Below are positions 42,591-51,612 of a DNA stretch of 64,000 nt, piece after piece. The DNA lies in the NCBI GenBank assembly GCA_043746815.1, contig JAYTQG010000226.1, forward strand, positions 647 to 64,646, read 5' to 3'. The stretch's first letter is position 1. Every line of letters starts with the position of its first letter. Both the position numbers and the translations under genes were made by a program. The DNA comes from Thermoleophilia bacterium (lineage in GTDB: Bacteria; Actinomycetota; Thermoleophilia; Miltoncostaeales; Miltoncostaeaceae). Below the pieces are notes generated by a model that worked only from the letters and a program-made list of their open reading frames with translations, did not search any database and was not told the origin of the DNA.

Positions 42591-43610
42591 GTGACGACTT
42601 CCCCAGCTTCCATCTCCCCACAGCCATCGCGCGAACGTGTTTTTTCCGGGATGCGCCCCACCGGTCAACTCCACATCGGGCACCTGTTCGGCGCGCTCGC
42701 AAACTGGACCCGGCTGCAGGAGCAGTACGAGTGCATCTACTGCGTCGTCGACCTTCACGCGCTGACGACCGGCTATGAGGACATCGGCGGAATCCGGCAG
42801 AGCGGCATCGAGATGGTCGCCGACTGGATCGCGGCCGGGGTTGATCCGGAGCGCAGCATCATCTTTCGTCAGTCCGACGTCGCGCAGCACGCGGAGCTCG
42901 CGGTCATGCTCGGCATGATCACGCCCCTGTCCTGGTTGGAACGGGTGCCGACCTACAAGGGGCAGATGGACGAACTCGGCGGGGATCTCCTGTCCACCTA
43001 TGGCTTCCTTGGCTACCCGCTTTTGCAGACGGCCGACATCATTCTCTACAAGGCCACTCGGGTGCCGGTCGGACAGGACCAGGTCCCGCACCTGGAGTTG
43101 GCCCGTGAGGTCGTCCGACGTTTCAACCACCTCTACGGGCCGGTCTTCCCGGAGCCGCAGGCACTCCTCACCGAGACGCCCCTGATTATTGGGACCGACA
43201 ATCGGAAGATGTCGAAGAGCTACGGGAACACCATTACCCTTGGCAGCACCGACGAGGAGATCGACAAACTCGTTGGGGCCATGATTACCGACCCCCAGCG
43301 GGTCCGCCGCGCGGACCCCGGTCGCCCGGAGGTGTGCAACGTCTTTTCGTACCACCGCCTGTTCGGCGCGAGCGCCGAGGACCTTGCCGAGATCCACTCG
43401 GGCTGCACGACGGCAACCCTTGGATGCGTCGATGACAAGCGCGCCCTTGCGGCGCGGGTGAAGACCGCCATCGGGCCAATTCGCGAGCGCCGTCTGGAAC
43501 TGCTTGCCGACACGGACCGCCTGGAACAAATCCTGGCCGACGGGGCGATCAAGGCCCGCGCAATTGCGGCCCAGGTGATGACGGAGGCCACGGGAGCAAT
43601 GGGCCTCTAA
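42591..43610 (+). CDS. trpS: Tryptophan--tRNA ligase
   Basis: SGMRPTGQLHIGH (HIGH) and KMSKS motifs. Confidence 0.95.
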   Translation: MTTSPASISPQPSRERVFSGMRPTGQLHIGHLFGALANWTRLQEQYECIYCVVDLHALTTGYEDIGGIRQSGIEMVADWIAAGVDPERSIIFRQSDVAQHAELAVMLGMITPLSWLERVPTYKGQMDELGGDLLSTYGFLGYPLLQTADIILYKATRVPVGQDQVPHLELAREVVRRFNHLYGPVFPEPQALLTETPLIIGTDNRKMSKSYGNTITLGSTDEEIDKLVGAMITDPQRVRRADPGRPEVCNVFSYHRLFGASAEDLAEIHSGCTTATLGCVDDKRALAARVKTAIGPIRERRLELLADTDRLEQILADGAIKARAIAAQVMTEATGAMGL

Positions 43611-43781
43611 GCGGGCTGTTCGTCGTACGGTTCTCGTTCCTCGCCGGAGGGGCCACCCCGGACCACCACCCAATTTCATGGTAGCTCCGAAATCTGTATC
43701 GCCGCGCCGCGTGGAGGTCACAAAAGCGGGTCATGGCGTTCGATTGCGCGCCGACGTCGGTTACCCTTGCGCTCCCTCCAT

Positions 43782-43803
43782 AAACGGACTACGGTCCGTT
43801 TTT
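43782..43803 (+). terminator. Intrinsic-terminator-like hairpin with T tract
   Basis: AAACGGAC-TACG-GTCCGTTT followed by TT(C). It lies 172 nt after the trpS stop and 30 nt before the yceI ATG. Confidence 0.5.
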
Positions 43804-43832
43804 CTGTCGGCATCTGACACGGGAGTACGAAA

Positions 43833-44372
43833 ATGAGCACCAGCATCGCTGACGGGACTTGGAACTTCGATTCTGTCCATTCGTCCATCGGTTTTCGGGT
43901 CAAGCACCTCGGGGTCGCCACATTCCGCGGTTCATTCCCGGGTATCCAGGGCACCGTCACGACCGCCGCCGGCGCGATCACCGGCATCGATGGAACCGTT
44001 GACATGGCGAGCCTGAGGGCCCAGGACGACAACCTGACCGGCCATCTGCAGTCAGACGACTTTTTTGCGGTGGCCGCTCATCCGCAGGGGAGCTTCCGAT
44101 CGACCTCCATCACCTCGGCGCCCGACGGCAGCCTCACGATCGAGGGTGAAATCACGCTCCGCGGCGTCACCAAACCCCTGACCCTGACCGGCGAGGTTGA
44201 GGGTGTCGGCCCGGACCCGTACGGAGGAACCCGTATCGGAATCAGCGCGACGGGCGATTTGGACCGGACCGAGTTCGGGATCACCTGGAACGCCCCGCTT
44301 GCCAATGGGCTCCTCGCGGTATCCGAGCGGGTCAAGCTGGACTGGCACCTTGAGGCAATTCAGGCGGCCTAG
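43833..44372 (+). CDS. YceI family protein
   Basis: WNFDSVHSSIGFRVKHLGVATFRGSF and GVTKPLTL motifs. Confidence 0.9.
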   Translation: MSTSIADGTWNFDSVHSSIGFRVKHLGVATFRGSFPGIQGTVTTAAGAITGIDGTVDMASLRAQDDNLTGHLQSDDFFAVAAHPQGSFRSTSITSAPDGSLTIEGEITLRGVTKPLTLTGEVEGVGPDPYGGTRIGISATGDLDRTEFGITWNAPLANGLLAVSERVKLDWHLEAIQAA

Positions 44373-44935
44373 TGGCGCTACGTATTGGCTTCGTCGTCGG
44401 CAGCCTGCGGAGGCACTCGTACAACCGAGCGCTGATCGCGGCTGCCGGTGAGGTTGCGCCAAACGATGTGACGTTTGTCGAGATCGGTGGCATCCGCGAT
44501 CTGCCCGCCTACGACGAGGACCTGGACGGCGCCGATCCGCCGCCTGCCGTCCGCACACTTCGCGAGGCGATCGGAGCGGTGGATGCGTTGCTGATCGCGA
44601 CCCCGGAGTACAACAGCGGCATTCCTGGTGGCCTCAAGAACGCCCTTGACTGGGCATCCCGCCCCTTCGGCGTGACGCAAATCGTCGGTAAGCCGCTTGC
44701 CGTCGTCGGTGCGAGTACGTCAGCGTTTGGGGCTGCGTGGGCGCAAGCTGATCTTCGCAGGGCTCTCGTCGCCAGCGGCGCGCGCGTCATGGAGGCGGAC
44801 TTACCGGTCACGAAGGCTGCGGAGCGGTTTGACGCCGGCGGCGTCCTGACCGACCCCGAAACCCGTGAGCGCCTCGGCGCGCACATGGCGGCATTCATCG
44901 AATTCGTTCGAAGTCCGCCCGAGGACGACTGGTAG
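44372..44935 (+). CDS. NADPH-dependent FMN reductase
   Basis: GSLRRHSYN, ATPEYNSGIPGGLKNALDW. Confidence 0.88.
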   Translation: MALRIGFVVGSLRRHSYNRALIAAAGEVAPNDVTFVEIGGIRDLPAYDEDLDGADPPPAVRTLREAIGAVDALLIATPEYNSGIPGGLKNALDWASRPFGVTQIVGKPLAVVGASTSAFGAAWAQADLRRALVASGARVMEADLPVTKAAERFDAGGVLTDPETRERLGAHMAAFIEFVRSPPEDDW

Positions 44936-44942
44936 CGACAGT

Positions 44943-45683
44943 ATGCTCGCGGGAGCAATGCTCTCCCGAAATCCCCTCCAGCTTCCGGTCGAGCTTGACC
45001 TCTTCCAAGGGCCGTTTGATCTTCTCCTCACGCTCCTCTTGCGTGAGGAGGTGGACCTGTTCGAGTTGCGCCTTGCCGAACTCGTCGACGCTGCGCTCGG
45101 CGACGATGCCCTGGAGCGTTGGGACCTGCCAACGGCGGGCGAGTTGATCGTCATCTTGGCCGCCCTTGCCGAACTGAAGGCGCGGCTGCTGCTGGGGGAG
45201 GCACTGGATGAAGAGCCCGACCCCGACGCGGTTGAGGCGCGAGAGCGACTGATTGGTCGCCTTGTGGCCTATGCCCCCTACCAGCGGGCTGCCATGTGGT
45301 TGTCCACCCGCTCTGAACGTGAGGCTGGTCCACGGTATCGCCGCGTGATGCTGGATCAGATCGGGCCTCCGCCGCCAGTGCGTGAGGACCCGGCCATCCT
45401 TGCGATCCGGCTGACGGCTCTCGTTACGGCCGTTCCTGCCCCGTCGCTTGATCACCTGACCAGTCGAGAGGTCAACGTACCTGCGCTTCTCCAGAGATTG
45501 CGTGATGCCCTTGTTCGCGGAACCACGCTCAGTTTCGACCGCGTGGTTCTCGGACAGACGCGACTTGAAGAGGCCATGACGCTGATTGCAATCCTGGAGT
45601 TGGCCCGCCGCGGCGAGGCCACCCTCGATCAGCCAGAGGCCTTCGGCGACATCAGTGTCATCCCGGTTCGGGTACGCGCGTGA
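44943..45683 (+). CDS. scpA: Segregation and condensation protein A
   Basis: LDLFQGPFDLLLTLLLREEVDLFEL N-terminus. Followed by, and overlapping, scpB. Confidence 0.88.
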   Translation: MLAGAMLSRNPLQLPVELDLFQGPFDLLLTLLLREEVDLFELRLAELVDAALGDDALERWDLPTAGELIVILAALAELKARLLLGEALDEEPDPDAVEARERLIGRLVAYAPYQRAAMWLSTRSEREAGPRYRRVMLDQIGPPPPVREDPAILAIRLTALVTAVPAPSLDHLTSREVNVPALLQRLRDALVRGTTLSFDRVVLGQTRLEEAMTLIAILELARRGEATLDQPEAFGDISVIPVRVRA

Positions 45684-46261
45684 GCGAACTTGCCCGTCGC
45701 ATCGAGGCGCTCGTGTTCTTGAGTCCCGATCCCCTTTCCGAGCTGGTGCTCGGGGAGATTGCCGACGCCGCACCCGGTCCAGTCCTCGCAGCCCTTGCCG
45801 AACTGACGGAGCGTCACGGGCCGGAATCTGGCCTCGAGCTGGCGCACATCGCTGGCGGCTGGAGTCTCCGAACCCGCGCTGATCTCGCCCCGATCTGCGA
45901 CCGTCTGCGTTCCCGTCCTCCCGATGACCGCCTGTCCCCAGCCGCGCTCGAGACCCTTGCTGTTATTGCATATCTCGAACCGGTCGGGCGTCCAGAGGTC
46001 AGTCGCCTCCGCGGCGTGCAGGTCGATGGCACCATGGCAATGCTCTCCGAGCGTGGTCTCATTGAAGAGGCTGGTCGACCGGATGGCGGGGGTGCAATGC
46101 GCTTCCGTACGACGCGCACGTTTCAGGAACGGTTCGGCCTGCGCGGGCGAGAGGATCTCCCTCCAATCGAACGGTTTGAACTGACCGGGCCAGAGGCCGA
46201 GGCAATTCGCGAGCGTTTGGCTGAAGCCGGACTTCTTGATGAGGGTGAGCAACCGCGTTGA
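45680..46261 (+). CDS. scpB: Segregation and condensation protein B
   Basis: IEALVFLSPDPLS, LSPAALETLAVIAYLEPV...RGV winged-helix repeats. Confidence 0.88.
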   Translation: MSELARRIEALVFLSPDPLSELVLGEIADAAPGPVLAALAELTERHGPESGLELAHIAGGWSLRTRADLAPICDRLRSRPPDDRLSPAALETLAVIAYLEPVGRPEVSRLRGVQVDGTMAMLSERGLIEEAGRPDGGGAMRFRTTRTFQERFGLRGREDLPPIERFELTGPEAEAIRERLAEAGLLDEGEQPR

Positions 46262-46269
46262 GTGACACC

Positions 46270-46983
46270 ATGCGGGTACATCGGGCCCTTGCGATGGCAG
46301 GGGTGGCAAGCCGCCGCGCCGCCGAGCGACTTGTGGAGGAAGGGCGCGTCACTGTGAACGGAGAGGTCGCGACCGTCGGTCAGCAGGTTGGCGAGAACGA
46401 CACCCTGGCCGTCGACAATCGCCCCGTTCGCGCGCAGGCAACGCGGACGTACCTGCTCAATAAGCGTGCCGGGACGGTTTCCACCGCAAGCGATCCTCAG
46501 GGTCGCCCGACGGTGCTGGATGATCTTCCCGACGATCTGCGGCTTTATCCTGTTGGGCGCCTCGACTTGGACACCACGGGCGCGCTCCTCATCACCAACG
46601 ACGGAGATCTGGCGGCCCGTTTGATGCACCCGAGTTCCGGCGTCGCGAAGGTCTACGAGGCATTGGTCGACGGTCGGGTCTCCGCCGAGACAATTCGGAC
46701 GCTACGCCGCGGCGTCATGCTTGACGACGGGCCGACGGGCGCCTGCGTCGCTGAGGTCATGGACCGCGATCATCCGCGCTCAACCTGGCTCCGCATCGAA
46801 CTCCAGGAGGGACGAAACCGTCAGGTTCGTCGCATGTGTGAGACGGTGGGCCACCGGGTGCTGCGGCTGCATCGCCCCTCATACGCTGGGCTTCCCTTGC
46901 GGGGCCTCTCACGCGGGGAGTGGCGTCCCCTCACTGCCGAGGAGATGCGACGGGTGGCGAAGCTCGTCGGGTTGGAGCGATGA
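46270..46983 (+). CDS. rluB: Pseudouridine synthase (RluB/RsuA family)
   Basis: S4 domain MRVHRALAMAGVASRRAAERLVEEGRVTVNG. Catalytic GRLDLDTTGALLITNDG. Confidence 0.9.
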   Translation: MRVHRALAMAGVASRRAAERLVEEGRVTVNGEVATVGQQVGENDTLAVDNRPVRAQATRTYLLNKRAGTVSTASDPQGRPTVLDDLPDDLRLYPVGRLDLDTTGALLITNDGDLAARLMHPSSGVAKVYEALVDGRVSAETIRTLRRGVMLDDGPTGACVAEVMDRDHPRSTWLRIELQEGRNRQVRRMCETVGHRVLRLHRPSYAGLPLRGLSRGEWRPLTAEEMRRVAKLVGLER

Positions 46984-47348
46984 GCGGTCCGATAGTTCGG
47001 GCGATCCGCGGGGCGACCACGACCGATGACGACACCCAGGCTGAGATCAAGAACGCGACAATCGAACTCTTGCGGGAGGTCCTGTCCCGTAACCTCCTCA
47101 CCGCCGAGGATCTGATCTCAATCCTGTTTACCGCGACCCCGGACCTCGTCAGTGACTTTCCCGCCGTGGCGGCACGCGAGATTGGCCTGTCAGGGGTGCC
47201 GCTGATGTGCGCACAGGAAATTCCGGTAGATGGCGCAATGGTGCGCTGCATTCGGGTGTTGGTGCACTGCTACGTGCCTGAACATCGGGCGATCCGCCAC
47301 GTCTACCTGCGCAACGCGCGCCAGCTGCGTCTCGACTTAGCCGAGTAG
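46980..47348 (+). CDS. aroH: Chorismate mutase, AroH class
   Basis: VRAIRGATT... and RVLVH motifs. About 122 aa. ATGA overlap with rluB. Confidence 0.85.
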   Translation: MSGPIVRAIRGATTTDDDTQAEIKNATIELLREVLSRNLLTAEDLISILFTATPDLVSDFPAVAAREIGLSGVPLMCAQEIPVDGAMVRCIRVLVHCYVPEHRAIRHVYLRNARQLRLDLAE

Positions 47349-47816
47349 GTCGCTTCCGCGGTACATGAACGCCGACCAGTCTGGAATCCGACTTGGATCG
47401 GCCACTGGCTCGTGGCTCACCGCCGAGATGTAGCCAAAGCCGTGTTGGTCGTCGAATACCGGGTCGATTCGGCCTTCCTTGATCTGCTGATCCACCCAGG
47501 CGTCCCGAAAGATCAGCCGACGCAGCCAATAGACGAGATCGCCTTCCCGGTCCACGTACCAGTGCAGGTGCTCGCCGAGATGTCGCCCAAGTTCACTTGC
47601 CGGGGCCGGAAGGGCTCCGTGAGCGGCGAGGGTGATCATGTCTGAGCGTTCCGACGGGCTTCGCGGGCCAGCCTCGATGCAGCCAACATGGACCGCGGCT
47701 GATTGGACACGAATTCCAAAATCCGTCAGTTCAAAGCGGAAGTGAAATTGGCCGTAGCCGAGGGTAACGTCTGCGCCGGAGACGTACTGGACTGCGGGGT
47801 GGTTGTATGCGCTCAT
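47337..47816 (-). CDS. Hypothetical protein
   Basis: Open frame with GC3 bias and no recognised motif. Convergent 12-nt overlap with aroH. Confidence 0.5.
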   Translation of the reverse strand: MSAYNHPAVQYVSGADVTLGYGQFHFRFELTDFGIRVQSAAVHVGCIEAGPRSPSERSDMITLAAHGALPAPASELGRHLGEHLHWYVDREGDLVYWLRRLIFRDAWVDQQIKEGRIDPVFDDQHGFGYISAVSHEPVADPSRIPDWSAFMYRGSDLLG

Positions 47817-47887
47817 CTGCCTGGGATCGAGTGTAGTGGTCCGCGCGTCGAATACCACCGCAGGTCCGACGGAGGGCGAAACATCAC

Positions 47888-48277
47888 ATGGGGGTCACGT
47901 TGGGGCGGCTACGAATCGATCGCATCGCCCAGGGCGCAGGTCTGCTCGTCGACGGCGACGGAGTGGCAGTCCTGATGCGGTGCAACCTGGCAACGGCGCC
48001 ACTGGCGCGTACGGTCGGATTGCTTGGCACGCGGGATCTCGCGGTGGGTGAGGGAGTTTGGATTCGTCGGTGCGGATCGGTCCATACGATGGGTATGGGT
48101 GTGGCGATCGATGTTGTATTTCTGGACGCGAATGACCGGGTCCTTCGCGTTGTGTCCGCGCTTAGCCCGAGGCGCATGGCCCGTCAGCGTGGCGCGACAT
48201 CGGTCGTGGAATCCACTGCCGGATCGCTCGGCGGCCTGCGCGTCGGAGACACGTTGACGCTGCGAATGTCGCACTGA
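47888..48277 (+). CDS. DUF192 (COG1430-like) domain protein
   Basis: GLLGTRDL..GEGVWIRRCGSVHTMGMGVAIDVVFLDANDRVLRV pattern. Confidence 0.7.
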   Translation: MGVTLGRLRIDRIAQGAGLLVDGDGVAVLMRCNLATAPLARTVGLLGTRDLAVGEGVWIRRCGSVHTMGMGVAIDVVFLDANDRVLRVVSALSPRRMARQRGATSVVESTAGSLGGLRVGDTLTLRMSH

Positions 48278-48334
48278 GCGAACTTTTGGGCGGTCGGGAG
48301 GGGGGAGCGTTTTCGGGGCGGTGACCTTTAGAGG

Positions 48335-48349
48335 GTGTCCCCGGGACAC
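48335..48349. promoter_or_regulatory. Perfect 7-1-7 palindrome upstream of the regulator gene (candidate operator)
   Basis: GTGTCCC-C-GGGACAC. Its centre lies 29 nt upstream of the ATG at 48371. Confidence 0.35.
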
Positions 48350-48370
48350 ACCCCAATTTGGAGGACCCGC

Positions 48371-49123
48371 ATGTCGACCACCCAGCACGGCCGCCCCGAC
48401 GAGACCGCACTCCCAGTCCGGGACGCAAACGTCCTCCTGATCGACGAGAAGGATCCGACGACCGAGCTGTTACGACGAAATCTCGAGTTGGACGGATACG
48501 CGGTGGCGGTCCTCGATCGGCTTCCCGGCGGTGAACGTCTCTCGATTGGCGCACCCGACATCGCACTGGTGAACGTTGGGGCACTCGATCACGACGGGTG
48601 GGTTCTCCTCAGCGGTCTTCGGAATGCTGGCCCGCGCGCGGCGTGGGACCCCACAATTCCCGTCATCGCGCTTTGCCCAGCCGACGATGGTTTTGCCACG
48701 ATTCGATCGATCGAGCAGGGCGCAGATGACGCGATGGTCATTCCGTTTGACTACCGCGAGCTGCGGGCACGAATGGCGTCACAGATTCGACGCCGTCGGG
48801 GTGTCGCGCCGGGAACGCAAATCACGGTCGGCCCGCTGCTGATTGATCGGCGCGCGCATGAGGTGTCGGTGAATGGACAGCAGATGCGCCTGGCCGAGAA
48901 GGAGTACGCACTCCTAATGGCTTTGGCGCGCGATCCCTTCCGTGTCGTCAGTAAGGAAGAACTTCTCCGCGACGTGTGGGGTTTTCGTTCGGTGGTTCGC
49001 ACCCGCACCGTCGACACGCACGCGAGTCGTCTGCGTCGCAAACTTGCAGACCACGGCGCTGGCACCGGAATGGTCGCGAACGTCTGGGGAATTGGCTACC
49101 GCTTGGTCTCGGCGAGTGTCTAG
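48371..49123 (+). CDS. OmpR/PhoB-type winged-helix regulator with a pseudo-receiver domain
   Basis: GGAGGA lies 5 nt upstream of the ATG. C-terminal trans_reg_C (LAEKEYALLMALARDPFRVVSKEELL...VDTHASRLRRKL...GIGYRL). The receiver-like N-domain lacks the phospho-acceptor Asp. Confidence 0.85.
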   Translation: MSTTQHGRPDETALPVRDANVLLIDEKDPTTELLRRNLELDGYAVAVLDRLPGGERLSIGAPDIALVNVGALDHDGWVLLSGLRNAGPRAAWDPTIPVIALCPADDGFATIRSIEQGADDAMVIPFDYRELRARMASQIRRRRGVAPGTQITVGPLLIDRRAHEVSVNGQQMRLAEKEYALLMALARDPFRVVSKEELLRDVWGFRSVVRTRTVDTHASRLRRKLADHGAGTGMVANVWGIGYRLVSASV

Positions 49124-49727
49124 GCGTCCGTGGCTCTGGTTCGGCGCCGCGGCCTGCATCGGTTGTCTCGCGCTTTTTGCAACCCTTGGCGCAGGCAGCG
49201 CGACCTCCGGCGATCCGGTGGTTGTTGCCCGCGTTTCCATACCTGCGGGAACGTTGATTCAGGAGGCAGACCTCGCCGCACTCGTCGCGACTCGACCAGT
49301 TCCAGGTGCAGGCAGCCTCTCGGGCCTTCTGGATCGTCCGGACGCACTGATCGGGAGAAGGACTGTCGGGACGATCGGCGTTGGCGAGCCAATCACGCGG
49401 GCGGCTCTCGGCGGTGGCCCTGGAGAACCCGGGCCCCTGCAGCCCGGAGAGCGAGCGATTGCTGTGCCGATCGGCTTGCAGGGATCCTCGGCCGCGGCCG
49501 TGATTCCGGGGGACCACGTGGACGTCGTGGCGTCGATCGCCGAGGGTCCAATTGCGCGGGCGGAGGTCGTGGCGGCGAACGTTCAGGTGCTTTCAGTGGC
49601 AGCTGGCGCATCGGGTCAAGGAGAGACGGACGCACTGCTTCGGATCCCGGCGCGTCAGGCCCTGAAGGTCGCGGGTGCGCTCGGCGTCGCACGCGACGTC
49701 CGCCTGATCCGACGGGCGACCCCCTAA
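49116..49727 (+). CDS. cpaB: Flp pilus assembly protein CpaB/RcpC-like (SAF domain)
   Basis: TM anchor, SAF-like VVVARVSIPAGTLIQEADL, RcpC-like ERAIAVPI...PGDHVDVV. GTG at 49116 overlaps the regulator's 3' end. Confidence 0.8.
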   Translation: MSRRPWLWFGAAACIGCLALFATLGAGSATSGDPVVVARVSIPAGTLIQEADLAALVATRPVPGAGSLSGLLDRPDALIGRRTVGTIGVGEPITRAALGGGPGEPGPLQPGERAIAVPIGLQGSSAAAVIPGDHVDVVASIAEGPIARAEVVAANVQVLSVAAGASGQGETDALLRIPARQALKVAGALGVARDVRLIRRATP

Positions 49728-50908
49728 TGGGAGTGTTGGACACCGCCCTTGTGGCGGAACTCCGGACGCGGATTGTAAGGGAGGGGCGCGTCGGCATCGG
49801 CGACCGCCGCGAGGCAGTCCAGCGCGCCACCGAAGAACTGATCGACGAGGACCGCCACATTCTCTCGCCGTCTCAACGTGGCGCGCTCGTTCAAGCCGTT
49901 ACTGACGAGGCCCTCGGCCTCGGGCCGTTGGAAGCCTTGCTCCGGGACGATGCGGTTAGCGAGGTGATGGTGAACGGAGCCGGGTCAGTTTTCGTTGAGC
50001 GCGCTGGACGGATCGAACGGGCTGACGTCCGGTTTGTGGACGACGCCCACGTCATGCACGTCGCTGACCGGATTCTGTCGCGGGTTGGCAGGCGTGTCGA
50101 TGAGGCCAGCCCGATGGTGGATGCCCGCCTGCAGGATGGATCACGGGTCAACATCGTGATTCCTCCGCTCGCGATCGATGGCCCAGTCATCACGATCCGA
50201 CGGTTCGCGGGTCCGACGCTCACTCTGGAACGACTGCGAGAAATCGGCAGTCTGGACGACGAGGTTCTCGCGGTGCTGCGCCAGTCGATCGCAGCGCGCA
50301 AGAACATCCTGGTTACGGGTGGCACGGGCAGTGGGAAGACGACGACCCTCGCGGCGCTCGCGTCCCTGCTTCCGGGCACCGAGCGGATCGTGACCATCGA
50401 AGACGCCGCGGAGCTCCGCTTGGATCACCCCCACGTCGTTCGGCTGGAGAGCCGCCCGGCGAGCCTGGAAGGGCGCGGGGCGATCACCATTCGCGCGCTG
50501 GTTCGCAACGCCCTTCGGATGCGCCCTGATCGGATCATCGTGGGCGAAGTCCGGGGCGGCGAAGCGCTTGACATGTTGCAGGCCTTAGGCACCGGCCACA
50601 ACGGGTCGCTCTCCACGCTTCATGCGTCATCCGCCGCGGATGCGCTTCGGCGCCTGACGACCCTCGCCCTGATGGGCGACATCGATCTGCCATACCGGGC
50701 AATCGAAGATCAGGTGGCCTCCGCGATCGATCTCATCGTTCACCAGGCGCGCAGTCCGGACGGACGTCGTCGGATCGTTGAGGTGGCCGCCGTGGGACCC
50801 TCGGAGAGCGGACCGCTCGTTACACCGCTCATCGTGTGGGCGGCCAACGAATCTGGCGGGGAATGGCTCCCGACCCCAGAACGTTCGAGTTGGCAGGTTG
50901 AGACATGA
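49727..50908 (+). CDS. cpaF: Tad/Flp pilus secretion ATPase CpaF/TadA
   Basis: Walker [19 protein letters not shown] and [11 protein letters not shown] motifs. The ATG shares one base with the cpaB TAA. Confidence 0.93.
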   Translation: MGVLDTALVAELRTRIVREGRVGIGDRREAVQRATEELIDEDRHILSPSQRGALVQAVTDEALGLGPLEALLRDDAVSEVMVNGAGSVFVERAGRIERADVRFVDDAHVMHVADRILSRVGRRVDEASPMVDARLQDGSRVNIVIPPLAIDGPVITIRRFAGPTLTLERLREIGSLDDEVLAVLRQSIAARKNILVTGGTGSGKTTTLAALASLLPGTERIVTIEDAAELRLDHPHVVRLESRPASLEGRGAITIRALVRNALRMRPDRIIVGEVRGGEALDMLQALGTGHNGSLSTLHASSAADALRRLTTLALMGDIDLPYRAIEDQVASAIDLIVHQARSPDGRRRIVEVAAVGPSESGPLVTPLIVWAANESGGEWLPTPERSSWQVET

Positions 50909-51612
50909 GGGTCGCGCTGGAACGCATTGGGCCGAGCTCCGGTCCCTTTGCTGCCCTTGCAGCCCTGGTGTTGATCCTGGCGATAGCCGCTGGTCCAGCT
51001 TGGGCTGCTGCAGTTGGCGCGGCTGTGCTCGCTGGGCTCGCGGGCGCCCGACGCTCGGCCGATCGGCGCGCACGCGCTGCTCTGGCGAGGCAGCTTCCGG
51101 AGCTGGCCGCAGGCCTGGCGGCCACGCTGGCCGCCGGTCGCTCGCTCCGCCAAGCCCTGCAACGTGCGGCAGCTGAGACACCCGCTCCCCTTGGCAACGA
51201 AATTGGTCGAGCCGTAGAGGAAATCGAAGTCGGCGCCCGGGTTGAGGATGCACTGGAGCGAATGGCGTCCCGCCTTGGGGAACGTGATCTCCGAATCCTG
51301 GCGACGGCGATCATGGTGCAGCGCACCGCAGGAGGGAACCTGGCGCGATCCCTTGGCGATCTGGCTAGCCGCTTGGAAGAGCGGCGCCGTCTTCACACCG
51401 AGGTTTCGACGGCCACCGCCCAGGCCCGAATGACCGCATGGCTCGTGGCTCTCCTTCCCGCACTCGGAGCGGTGGTTGTGGAGGGGGCGGCCCCAGGCAC
51501 ACTCGTACGAACCCTCGGTCACGGGCCGGGACTCGCCCTCGCGATTGCGTCGTTCTCGATTCAGGGAGTTGGGGCGTTTCTCATCGCTCGGATCGTTCGG
51601 AGTGTCCGGTGA
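50905..51612 (+). CDS. tadB: Tad pilus inner-membrane platform protein TadB (T2SSF family)
   Basis: T2SSF-type cytoplasmic domain flanked by TM helices. ATGA overlap with cpaF. Confidence 0.8.
   Translation: MRVALERIGPSSGPFAALAALVLILAIAAGPAWAAAVGAAVLAGLAGARRSADRRARAALARQLPELAAGLAATLAAGRSLRQALQRAAAETPAPLGNEIGRAVEEIEVGARVEDALERMASRLGERDLRILATAIMVQRTAGGNLARSLGDLASRLEERRRLHTEVSTATAQARMTAWLVALLPALGAVVVEGAAPGTLVRTLGHGPGLALAIASFSIQGVGAFLIARIVRSVR

Noticed and set aside
49130-49726. 199-codon N-terminal extension of the CpaF ORF (Arg-rich).
   Set aside because: It is out of frame with, and fully overlaps, the cpaB coding sequence, which has SAF/RcpC motifs. CpaF homology starts at the ATG at 49727 (MGVLDTALV...).
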